Origin: a virus
Lineage: Duplodnaviria; Caudoviricetes
DNA length: 53,175 nucleotides
Strand: one strand, 5' to 3'
Virus record (IMG/VR): IMGVR_UViG_3300025889_000163
Coordinates: 1-53,175 of that record
In this document: in pieces, positions 44,301 through 50,514 of the stretch
Position numbering within the stretch: the stretch's first letter is position 1
Layout of the letters: every line of letters starts with the position of its first letter
Translations under genes and position numbers: made by a program
The notes under the pieces: model-generated
Databases searched by the model: none
Told to the model about the DNA's origin: nothing
Seen by the model: only the letters and a program-made list of their open reading frames with translations

Positions 44301-46916
44301 GCTACAAATTATGCTAGAATTTCGACTGAACAGTTTACTGGAACTTATCCGGACACTTTCACTGGTGATTATACCATAGATTATACTCGCGCCACAAATT
44401 ATGCTAGAATTTCAACTGAACAGTTTACTGGAACTTATCCAGATACTTTCACTGGCGATTATACCATAGATTATACTCGCGCTACAAATTATGCTAGGAT
44501 ATCCGCAGAGCAGTTTACTGGAACTTATCCAGATACTTTCACTGGCGATTATACCATAGATTATACTCGCGCTACAAATTATTCTCATCTTTCTGATCAA
44601 GTATTTTCTGGAGATTATACTAAAAACTTTACTGGCAATTATACTAAAGACTATACTCGTACATATTCAAGAATAGACAACGAAGAATTTACTGGAGATT
44701 ATACAAAAACGTTTGCTGGTGATTACACTACAAATTATGAGTTTAATTATGCACGTGTTTCTGGACAGCAATTTACTGGTAATTATCCAGACACTTTTAC
44801 TGGTGATTATGCTAAAGAATATACTTTAGATTATACTCATCTTTCTAATCAAGTATTTACTGGTAATTATCCAGACACTTTTACTGGCGATTTTGCTGCA
44901 GAATATGCGTTTGATTATTCTCATCTTTCTAATCAAGTATTTACTGGTAATTACCCAGATACTTATTCCGGCGATTATATTGGTGATTATATTTTTAATT
45001 ATACTCGCTCTTCTGGCGAAAGTTTTACTGGTGTTTATCCAGACACATTTAGCGGAGATTATTCTACAGATTATGTTTTTAATTATGCTAGAACTTCAAC
45101 TGAGCAATTTTCTGGAGATTACACTAAGCAGTTTACTGGAGATTATACTAAAGATTACACTCGTGTTTATTCTAGAACTTCAACTCAGCAATTTTCTGGA
45201 GAGTACACTAAAACATTTACTGGCGATTATAACAAAGACTACACTCGTTCATATGTAAGAAACTCAACAGAAACGTTTACTGGAGATTACACTAAAACAT
45301 ACAGCGGTAATTATACTGGAGATTATAGTAAAGACTATTCTAACATTTCTACGCAAGATTTTACTGGTAATTATTTGAGAGCATATTCTGGCGATTATAC
45401 TGCAGATTATGCCCAAGATTACAGTCATCTTTCAGATCAGGTTTTTACTGGAGACTACAATAAGCAGTTTACTGGTGATTACACTACAAATTATGAGTTT
45501 GATTATGCACGTGTTTCGGGAGAAAATTTTAGCGGAGACTACACTAAAACATTTACTGGCGATTATCTTGGAGATTATACTCATCTTTCTGTTGTAGATT
45601 ATACGGGCGATTATTCTAATTTGTTTACTGGTGATTATGAGAGAGGATATACTCGAAATGTCACTGGAACTTTTACTGGAGATTACAGCAATCAGTTTAG
45701 TGGTGATTATACTACAAATTATGAGTTTGATTATGCACGTGTTTCGGAACAAGAATTTTCTAGAGTTTCAGGAGAGCAATTCACTGGTAATTATATTAAC
45801 GAATATTCTGGCGATTATACTGGCGATTATACACACATTTCTACAGAAGATTTTACTGGTGATTACACTAATTTGTTTACTGGTGATTACACTGCAGAAT
45901 ATTCCTATGATTACACTAGAGAGAGCGATGTAATTTATACTCATGTTTCAGATCAAGAATTTACTGGAGATTATTCCAAAGATTTTAGTAGAGTGGATCA
46001 AAATCTTTATATTTCTGAATATGTAAACTCAGGAGTTGGTACAGGAGTTGTTTACATAGAAACTTATACGCTCTATTGTAAAATTGATGATGCTCAAGAT
46101 AACGGAAACAACGTAGAGTTTAATGTGTGGGATTCTGCTCAACTGGCAATACAAAATGCTCCTCACGCTTATAGAGAAGATGGATATATAGAGTTTAGGG
46201 TAGGAACTACAACTCATTCGGTTGTTTATCTTGAAATTGATCATGTCACAACATCGAATGCAGATTTTACAACGAATGTTAGTAGCAGAATTCCTATAAC
46301 AGTAACGACTAACGAAGGATTTACTGGTCAAATACAGTTTAACGAAGATAATCTAACTGAAGGACCTGAAACTTTTTATGCAAGACTATACGATTCTTCT
46401 ACTGGCGGGACTGAGATAGCAACTGCTATTCTTGTAACTATACTAGATACTTCTTTAGATGCTCCAGATTATCCTGATGCAATTCTTACTGCGACGAATT
46501 TCGTAAAAGTTCTTGCAGATACGCCTTACACCGGAAACATACAATGCGGAATGAGATTTGAAACAAACGGCGATCTGGTTTGTGTTGGAGATGGAGATGC
46601 GTTGAGAATTTCCCCAACATCGTCAACTCCTGTAGACAACTGGTTACGAGAAATAGATAAAGCAAATGGAATTGGTGCAAATTATGAAATTAGCGTTACG
46701 CAAATTTCAGGAACTATTACTGGAACTACATCCGGATTCGTTACTTTAGGAACACAGAGAACAGTTTATGGACAAAGTATTCCTCACACCCAAGAAGATT
46801 TTGTAACTGACATATGCAATATTAAGATAAGAAAAGTTGGTGCTGGCGCAGTTTATGATGTTGATCAAAATGTTGAATTTGTTGTCAGTACTATTAGTGG
46901 AATTGGAAACGCTTGA
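38400..46916 (+). CDS. Giant repetitive virion fibre/adhesin-like protein (2838 aa)
   Basis: Late promoter; about 2000 aa of (F/Y)xG(D/N/E)Y and YxRxS/YxHxS repeats with 4-residue aromatic periodicity; inserted globular domains; Calx-beta-like domain near the C-terminus (EDNLTEGPETFYARL...VTILDTS). Confidence 0.8.
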   Translation: MMSSRPLKQFGSGNLRELTLTDEAYLAYRTGIQLGQFATDDVGALSTNNSYTLVGEYVDTYYSSTGPINTRTYALTATAYAQLDTGSSVWTLDWETTPAQIPATLQVGDIIELTMGIEATVDFPNDEIESADLTPSWTLDGVSQSGLRVVDITVTSEAGHNHSVTARSVFWSLSLDTGLYQAKWTLEVQQEGTLVLTGLARVADQGNSPPQLLDTASFGSSTVGNNIGVIEVSGNATLNESVDLGNVEVGSVLHVIVNGDQPTYYNSPLSGGSGYTITPETWIGPEFYVTITATGANYIFFADSQGDDFFQLSWTGISSTSSGATLNANPTRLYQNLSGVASQRSEPNWRGFVKWDGSIQNPGVKEMNDTELDVLILRLLKAVMKNEYPGVFRLAATSPGSDWTPFLSNIFTDTRSDGYSQNYSIYIRTVGTAPTKINPMIVERDNNNVFAGLKAANDSIMSVTLGQRAKEVIKSSGIGTYQLRSSIQGPPTEDGVWVPRGVAIDTRNEGEYGGEEAAYIKEYTGDYSKDYSHISTEAFTGDYNKTFTGDYTTDYSFDYARTSQQDFTIISAEDFTGDYLGDYSRLSETDYTHVSLEDFSGDYLNEFTGDYTADYSQDYARTSQEDFTHVSAEGFAGEYVKNYLRQSIADFTHVSSEEYTGDYIGDYTHISDVNYQRVSLENFTGDYTGDYSKNFQRDSSIDYQRVSTETFTGDYTTEYSFDYTRQSDVDYTHISAEDFTGDYTNNYTRNYLRQSDINYSHLSNQVFTGNYTGDYTVDYTHLSDVIYNRISAENFTGDYTGDYTVNYARDTPINYQRVSAENFTGDYSGDYTKNYARQSAVGYSRTSAESFSGDYSKEYTLAYLRQSDIDYTRQSTEAFTGDYTTDYVFDYTHLSDVVYTRQSTEAFTGNYVGDYVFDFTHLSDVDYTRQSTAQFTGDYTANYSKNYVRQSDVNYTHLSTQDFAGEYTGDYTVNYARTSAVNYARQETETFTGDYTPNYSKDFSHLSDIEYSRTSTEQFTGDYTPNYSKDFSHLSDIEYSRTSAQQFTGDYTPNYSKDFSHLSDVEYSRTSAQQFTGDYTPNYSKDFSHLSAIDYNRTSTEQFTGDYTPNYSKDFSHLSNIDYSRTSLQQFTGNYTPDYLKNYIRSSNVDYTRQSTANFTGDYSLEYLKNYARLSNVNYARAPDVEYSRDVTPTEIDISLSIPAGSFESLGNLANGTIINVDVDSFYGGIYLNQPLTNQGNSTIDAYYLNPYTITVGSGYALFYWSDSNPGDFAAIEFTGVQGGEQSAFTRTSAQTFTGNYTRTSGFNFLGDFTVNYARDDLNNFTGNYTANYSKNFQRAPLTNYIRASVTTYTGNYTANYSKNFARANEVNYARDDLNNFTGEYTANYSKNFARATLVNYARNNIVIYSGEYTANYTKNFARANQVNYARDDLNNFTGEYTANYTKNFARANQVNYIRNDLNQFTGNYTPDYIKNFGRATQVNYARTSGVYYAGDFTKNYSRVDSYIGVETFNATSSPWAVLGSDTTTTIDGAEQRDIINVTLPALSPATTSTQGAHTGTISVVKNAGETSYRVTIGAGHTGTWRALFSCSYAQGKSIITRLSAVGGSVIAGDYAGDFSRTTLFSKNFTRSNLVNFAGDYTKNFAGDYTKEFTRVPTFNRISGVFYAGDFTKNFAGDFSKDYTRVPTFNRVSGVQYAGDFTKNFAGDFSKDYTRVPTFNRISLIFYEGNFSKNFAGDFTIDYTRVPTFNRVSGVQYAGDFTKNFAGDYTIDYTRVPTFNRQSNIVYIGNYSKNFAGDYTIDYTRVPTFNRVSGVQYAGDYSKNFQRQDTPQYTGNYSRQITLQYTGDYVVVYVGAYIKNFAGDYTKGFIGDYTVDYLQNYARTDAEQFTGNYPDGFTGDYTKEYTRVPTFNRVSGENFTGTYPDTFTGDYTIDYTRATNYARISAEQFTGTYPDQFTGDYTIDYTRATNYARISTEQFTGTYPDTFTGDYTIDYTRATNYARISTEQFTGTYPDTFTGDYTIDYTRATNYARISAEQFTGTYPDTFTGDYTIDYTRATNYSHLSDQVFSGDYTKNFTGNYTKDYTRTYSRIDNEEFTGDYTKTFAGDYTTNYEFNYARVSGQQFTGNYPDTFTGDYAKEYTLDYTHLSNQVFTGNYPDTFTGDFAAEYAFDYSHLSNQVFTGNYPDTYSGDYIGDYIFNYTRSSGESFTGVYPDTFSGDYSTDYVFNYARTSTEQFSGDYTKQFTGDYTKDYTRVYSRTSTQQFSGEYTKTFTGDYNKDYTRSYVRNSTETFTGDYTKTYSGNYTGDYSKDYSNISTQDFTGNYLRAYSGDYTADYAQDYSHLSDQVFTGDYNKQFTGDYTTNYEFDYARVSGENFSGDYTKTFTGDYLGDYTHLSVVDYTGDYSNLFTGDYERGYTRNVTGTFTGDYSNQFSGDYTTNYEFDYARVSEQEFSRVSGEQFTGNYINEYSGDYTGDYTHISTEDFTGDYTNLFTGDYTAEYSYDYTRESDVIYTHVSDQEFTGDYSKDFSRVDQNLYISEYVNSGVGTGVVYIETYTLYCKIDDAQDNGNNVEFNVWDSAQLAIQNAPHAYREDGYIEFRVGTTTHSVVYLEIDHVTTSNADFTTNVSSRIPITVTTNEGFTGQIQFNEDNLTEGPETFYARLYDSSTGGTEIATAILVTILDTSLDAPDYPDAILTATNFVKVLADTPYTGNIQCGMRFETNGDLVCVGDGDALRISPTSSTPVDNWLREIDKANGIGANYEISVTQISGTITGTTSGFVTLGTQRTVYGQSIPHTQEDFVTDICNIKIRKVGAGAVYDVDQNVEFVVSTISGIGNA
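41370..41789 (+). repeat. 5 x 84-nt coding tandem repeat
   Basis: FTGDYTPNYSKDFSHLSDIEYSRTSTEQ x5. Confidence 0.92.
42372..42875 (+). repeat. 6 x 84-nt coding tandem repeat
   Basis: FTGEYTANYSKNFARANQVNYARDDLNN-type x6. Confidence 0.9.
43308..43847 (+). repeat. 6 x 90-nt coding tandem repeat
   Basis: YAGDFTKNFAGDYTIDYTRVPTFNRVSGVQ-type x6. Confidence 0.9.
44154..44603 (+). repeat. 5 x 90-nt coding tandem repeat
   Basis: FTGTYPDTFTGDYTIDYTRATNYARISAEQ x5. Confidence 0.92.
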
Positions 46917-46941
46917 TATTTTAAACTACATAGAATATAAT
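46913..46941 (+). promoter_or_regulatory. sigma70-type promoter inside the late cluster
   Basis: TTGATA-17 nt-TATAAT upstream of 46969. Confidence 0.65.
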
Positions 46942-46968
46942 ATAATTTCTTAGTGAAGGTAAACCTAT

Positions 46969-47418
46969 ATGAAAAGCTATTATATGGACCACGCATTTTG
47001 GCGTTCTCCAGACAGAAAATCGGCAACCGCCATTCTTATAACTGAACATGATGATGGTAAAAAAACAAGTCGTCAAGTTGATCTTGATGAAATTCTTCCA
47101 AACGGAAACAGATGTCCAATGTTTCAAGATCTAGTCAATCAGTTAGGGATTGATTTAATCGACAAGAATACTGAAGAAAGAAGAATTAGAAAAGAAGCAG
47201 AGACTCAGAAAGATAAAATTATTTCGCAACAAAGAGAAAAATCTGCAAAATTTGAAGAATTATTCACTTTAAAGATAAAAGCATTTGACATTGAAGAAGT
47301 TAGAAACAGCAAAAACAAAACTTTAAGAGCAAAACTTCGTCGTGCTAAAAATGAAGTTGAGCTCAATGCATATGTAACGCTGTTGATTATGGAAGCATTA
47401 AATAATGGCGAAGAGTAA
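46969..47418 (+). CDS. Hypothetical protein
   Basis: 149 aa; EELFTLKIKAFDIEEVRNSKNKTLRAKLRRAK helical C-terminus; first gene of a three-gene cassette. Confidence 0.7.
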   Translation: MKSYYMDHAFWRSPDRKSATAILITEHDDGKKTSRQVDLDEILPNGNRCPMFQDLVNQLGIDLIDKNTEERRIRKEAETQKDKIISQQREKSAKFEELFTLKIKAFDIEEVRNSKNKTLRAKLRRAKNEVELNAYVTLLIMEALNNGEE

Positions 47419-48145
47419 AGGATATCTTGTTGTAGCTTCAGGAACAAGGTTTTACTATGTTTCCGCATTAAATTGCATTTCTTCTATTAAAGATTTTTAT
47501 CCTGAAGCAAATTGTACGTTAGTAACCGAAGAGCGTTTTATTGATGATGGCGCTCACATTGCAGATAATATTATCTATTGTAATGATCACAGAAGAGCTA
47601 AAATATGGGGAATGACGCAAACACCATATGACCAAACGTTCTATATTGATGCTGATTGCGAAATAATGCATGAAGATATAGCAACAGTTTTTGATAAGTT
47701 TGACGGAAATGACGTTTTATACACTTATCTACCGGAAGAAAGATCATATTGTTATGCAGAATTACATTTTCCTGGCGGAAAATTTGAATACTGCGGAGGA
47801 ACTTGTCTATATGACACAACAAATCCTCTAGTTAAAGATTATATGAAAGATTGGTATGAACTAACAGTAGAGCAATATGCTGGACGTTGGTGGCCAACTA
47901 AAGAAAATGGTGAACCTGATTATTATAACTATCCAGAAACTTTGTCTAGATGGGATCAATTTTCTTTGTGGTGGTTAATAAACAAAGATGAAAAATACTG
48001 TAATGGAAAACTGAAAGTTGGACGTTTAGACGGAACCGAAGATGCTAGATGGAATAGATTTTCAAAATATGTTGAGAATCATTGCGAAGGCGAACCAGTA
48101 GTTTGGCATTTTTCTGCTGCTCCAATTAAAAAAACTGATTTCTGA
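47405..48145 (+). CDS. GT-A fold glycosyltransferase
   Basis: KGYLVVAS, SIKDFYP, AKIWGMTQTPYDQTFYIDAD (DxD), WDQFSLW, RWN, VWHFS. Confidence 0.8.
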   Translation: MAKSKGYLVVASGTRFYYVSALNCISSIKDFYPEANCTLVTEERFIDDGAHIADNIIYCNDHRRAKIWGMTQTPYDQTFYIDADCEIMHEDIATVFDKFDGNDVLYTYLPEERSYCYAELHFPGGKFEYCGGTCLYDTTNPLVKDYMKDWYELTVEQYAGRWWPTKENGEPDYYNYPETLSRWDQFSLWWLINKDEKYCNGKLKVGRLDGTEDARWNRFSKYVENHCEGEPVVWHFSAAPIKKTDF

Positions 48146-48819
48146 TGCAAAATATAGAAATAAAAAACCCCGAATTTAAAAAACTTCTAAGCGAGTGCGA
48201 ATGGTTTGCTACAGATTCGTTTGCTAGAGATCATGTGCACATGGTTGGTAGTAATTTCTCAAGAGAACAAGCTCTTGATTATGTTAGTCATGATTATATG
48301 CAGAAAATCATTGATTATTCTGTAAGTCATGATGGTTATCCTGATACTATGAAAGGATATTCATTCAACACTTCTAGAGTTAAGTATAAAGGGAATGATT
48401 TAAGAGCGCACAATCATATAACAAAAAAACACGATTATCTAATAGATAAATTTAAAGAAAATTATTCTGTTAGAAACAACGCATTGTTTACTCTATATCC
48501 TCCTGGAGGGTTTATTTCCTGGCACAATAATGCTAATGCTTCAGCATATAATATAATTCTTACCTGGTCGGAAAATGGCAACGGATATTTTGAATATTTT
48601 GATATGAATACCAAAAAAGTTGTTAGACTACAAGATAAACCAGGATGGCAATGTAAATGTAGTTACTTTGGAGACTATTCTGATCCAAAAACAGAACTTG
48701 TATATCATGCAGCATACACTGATTGTTATCGAATGACTATCTCGTTTACCTTCGATCGAACAGTATCTTCTCAACTAATACAGTCAATGTTTATTGAAGA
48801 AATTCAGTCTGAAGAATAA
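48145..48819 (+). CDS. 2OG-Fe(II)/cupin-fold oxygenase-like protein
   Basis: LYPPGGFISWHNN ... YHAAYTDCYRMTISF (H...H...RxT pattern, HxN instead of HxD). Confidence 0.65.
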   Translation: MQNIEIKNPEFKKLLSECEWFATDSFARDHVHMVGSNFSREQALDYVSHDYMQKIIDYSVSHDGYPDTMKGYSFNTSRVKYKGNDLRAHNHITKKHDYLIDKFKENYSVRNNALFTLYPPGGFISWHNNANASAYNIILTWSENGNGYFEYFDMNTKKVVRLQDKPGWQCKCSYFGDYSDPKTELVYHAAYTDCYRMTISFTFDRTVSSQLIQSMFIEEIQSEE

Positions 48820-48827
48820 TCATTTCT

Positions 48828-48835
48828 TATAAATA
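48828..48835 (+). promoter_or_regulatory. T4-type late promoter
   Basis: TATAAATA upstream of 48867. Confidence 0.8.
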
Positions 48836-48866
48836 AAGTCATAAGTATTTTTCATGGACAGTACTC

Positions 48867-49265
48867 ATGGCGCATTACGAAGATCTAACCATAGATCAGG
48901 GTTCAGACGTAGCAATAGAACTTCATCTAATCAATCAAGATAAAAGTAAGAAAAATTTAAACAATTATTCTGTTAATGCTTGGTTGAAACCTAATTATGC
49001 AGCAGATTCTACTGAATCAATTCGATTTACTTCTATCATTTCAGATCCTGATAGCGACGGAATTATCAATCTTTCGCTAACCAATTTACAAACTTCAGCA
49101 TTAAGCACCAAAAAACGTTATGTTTATGATGTCGAAATTTCTTACATCAGCGAATCTGATGGTTCGGGAAATTTGACACACATCGTGGAAAGAATACTTG
49201 AAGGAATGGTTAACGTCACTCCTTCCGTCACAAAACAAGTTTTACCACCGACGGTTACTCCATAA
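48867..49265 (+). CDS. Conserved virion structural/adaptor protein
   Basis: DLTIDQGSD...GIINLSLT..QTSAL...RYVYDVEI...RILEG.V.VTPSVT pattern of marine T4-like phages. Confidence 0.75.
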   Translation: MAHYEDLTIDQGSDVAIELHLINQDKSKKNLNNYSVNAWLKPNYAADSTESIRFTSIISDPDSDGIINLSLTNLQTSALSTKKRYVYDVEISYISESDGSGNLTHIVERILEGMVNVTPSVTKQVLPPTVTP

Positions 49266-49492
49266 TGGCATATAAAGTTAAAGTTGTTAATAACAAAACG
49301 ATAATCGATAAGATTGTTGTTGGCGTACCAATTGGAAGCATTATCGAGTCAAAGGGAGATATTACCGATTTGGCTGGGGTTGATGTTACGCAAAGAAAAC
49401 ATGGCAGTATATTGGTTTATGATGCAGACAGGCAAGTGTGGGCTGCACAAAGTTTAGCAGAAAGACAGATAGTTGATGGGGGTTGGTACTAA
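49265..49492 (+). CDS. Small fibre-adaptor-like protein
   Basis: ITDLAGVD...GSILVYD....WAA and C-terminal IVDGGWY. Confidence 0.65.
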   Translation: MAYKVKVVNNKTIIDKIVVGVPIGSIIESKGDITDLAGVDVTQRKHGSILVYDADRQVWAAQSLAERQIVDGGWY

Positions 49493-50484
49493 TGGCACAT
49501 ACATCTCACGATTCTGCTCATAGTGAAATTCTTATACGTCGTTCTAATTTAACTGGAAGACCAGTTGAAGAAGGAACAGGTTATTCATTACTCCGTGTTG
49601 GAGAAATGGCATATTCAAACTTGCCCGACCCAGATGATGATGGGTTTGGTAATGGTGGTGATCGACTTTATATTGGAGTTGGTACTAACAATATATTAAC
49701 TAACCAAATTGATGGAAACGGTGATTCATACAATAGAATTTTTTCTTCTGTTATAGCAACTATCGGTGGTAAATATTTTACCGATATGATGAACCATCAG
49801 AGAGGAATAGTTAATCCTGCTTCTGCTCTTCTCGTTGACGATAATAAAAAACTAAACGAACTCCTTGTCGATTATCTTTATTTTGACAAGGATTCTGTAT
49901 CTACCGAAGAAACTAATGATCTTACGTTGCGAGGCGGAACTGGTCAAATTAATCTAATCGGCAGCATACTTGTTACTGGAAATTCGCAATTAGATTATAA
50001 TTTGAATGTTGATGGAATTACTAGTCTAGATTCAACTACGATTGATGGAACTCTTTATGTAACAGATTCGACTACCATTGACAGAAGATTAACAGTTGGC
50101 GAAAATTTAATTGTCAATAACAGATTAACTGTTGGAGATTCTGCTACAATAGGTAAAGATCTAGTCGTTAATGGAATATCTTACCTAGATTCAACTACCA
50201 TTGATGGCGACTTGTTTGTTACTGGTAATTTTACAGTCGACGGAACTCAGACTATTATCAATTCAACTATCCTAACTGTTGATGATAAAAGAATCGTTAT
50301 TGCTGATGGGGTCTTAGACTCAGCATCCGCAAACAATTCTGGTATTGGCGTTGGAGATTCAACAAACGAAATTGCATATATCAATTATAAGTATAATTCC
50401 GGAGATGCCAGGTGGGAGTTTAGACCTAAAATTTATGCACAGAATGTAGAGTTTGAAGTTATTGATTGTGGTGTATACGCCTAA
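49492..50484 (+). CDS. Tail-fibre-like structural protein with beta-helix repeats
   Basis: ILIRRS...GEMAYS...GGDRLYIG, IGGKYFTD, LDSTTIDG repeats, GNFTVDGTQTIINST; TAATG coupling. Confidence 0.75.
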   Translation: MAHTSHDSAHSEILIRRSNLTGRPVEEGTGYSLLRVGEMAYSNLPDPDDDGFGNGGDRLYIGVGTNNILTNQIDGNGDSYNRIFSSVIATIGGKYFTDMMNHQRGIVNPASALLVDDNKKLNELLVDYLYFDKDSVSTEETNDLTLRGGTGQINLIGSILVTGNSQLDYNLNVDGITSLDSTTIDGTLYVTDSTTIDRRLTVGENLIVNNRLTVGDSATIGKDLVVNGISYLDSTTIDGDLFVTGNFTVDGTQTIINSTILTVDDKRIVIADGVLDSASANNSGIGVGDSTNEIAYINYKYNSGDARWEFRPKIYAQNVEFEVIDCGVYA

Positions 50485-50487
50485 ATA
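50480..50487 (+). promoter_or_regulatory. Probable late promoter variant
   Basis: CCTAAATA upstream of ATG 50515. Confidence 0.5.
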
Positions 50488-50514
50488 GAAACATAGCATA
50501 GAGTTATTTTAAAT

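Noticed and set aside
39950-46030. CRISPR array, or diversity-generating retroelement TR/VR, in the tandem repeats
   Set aside because: The repeats are in frame, have no unique spacers, vary largely at synonymous sites rather than at adenines, and no reverse transcriptase or cas operon is in the window.
38400-46916. Ice-nucleation protein
   Set aside because: No AGYGSTxTA 16-mer or regular TxT ladder; the mirror-symmetric block structure fits a hairpin better than a solenoid.
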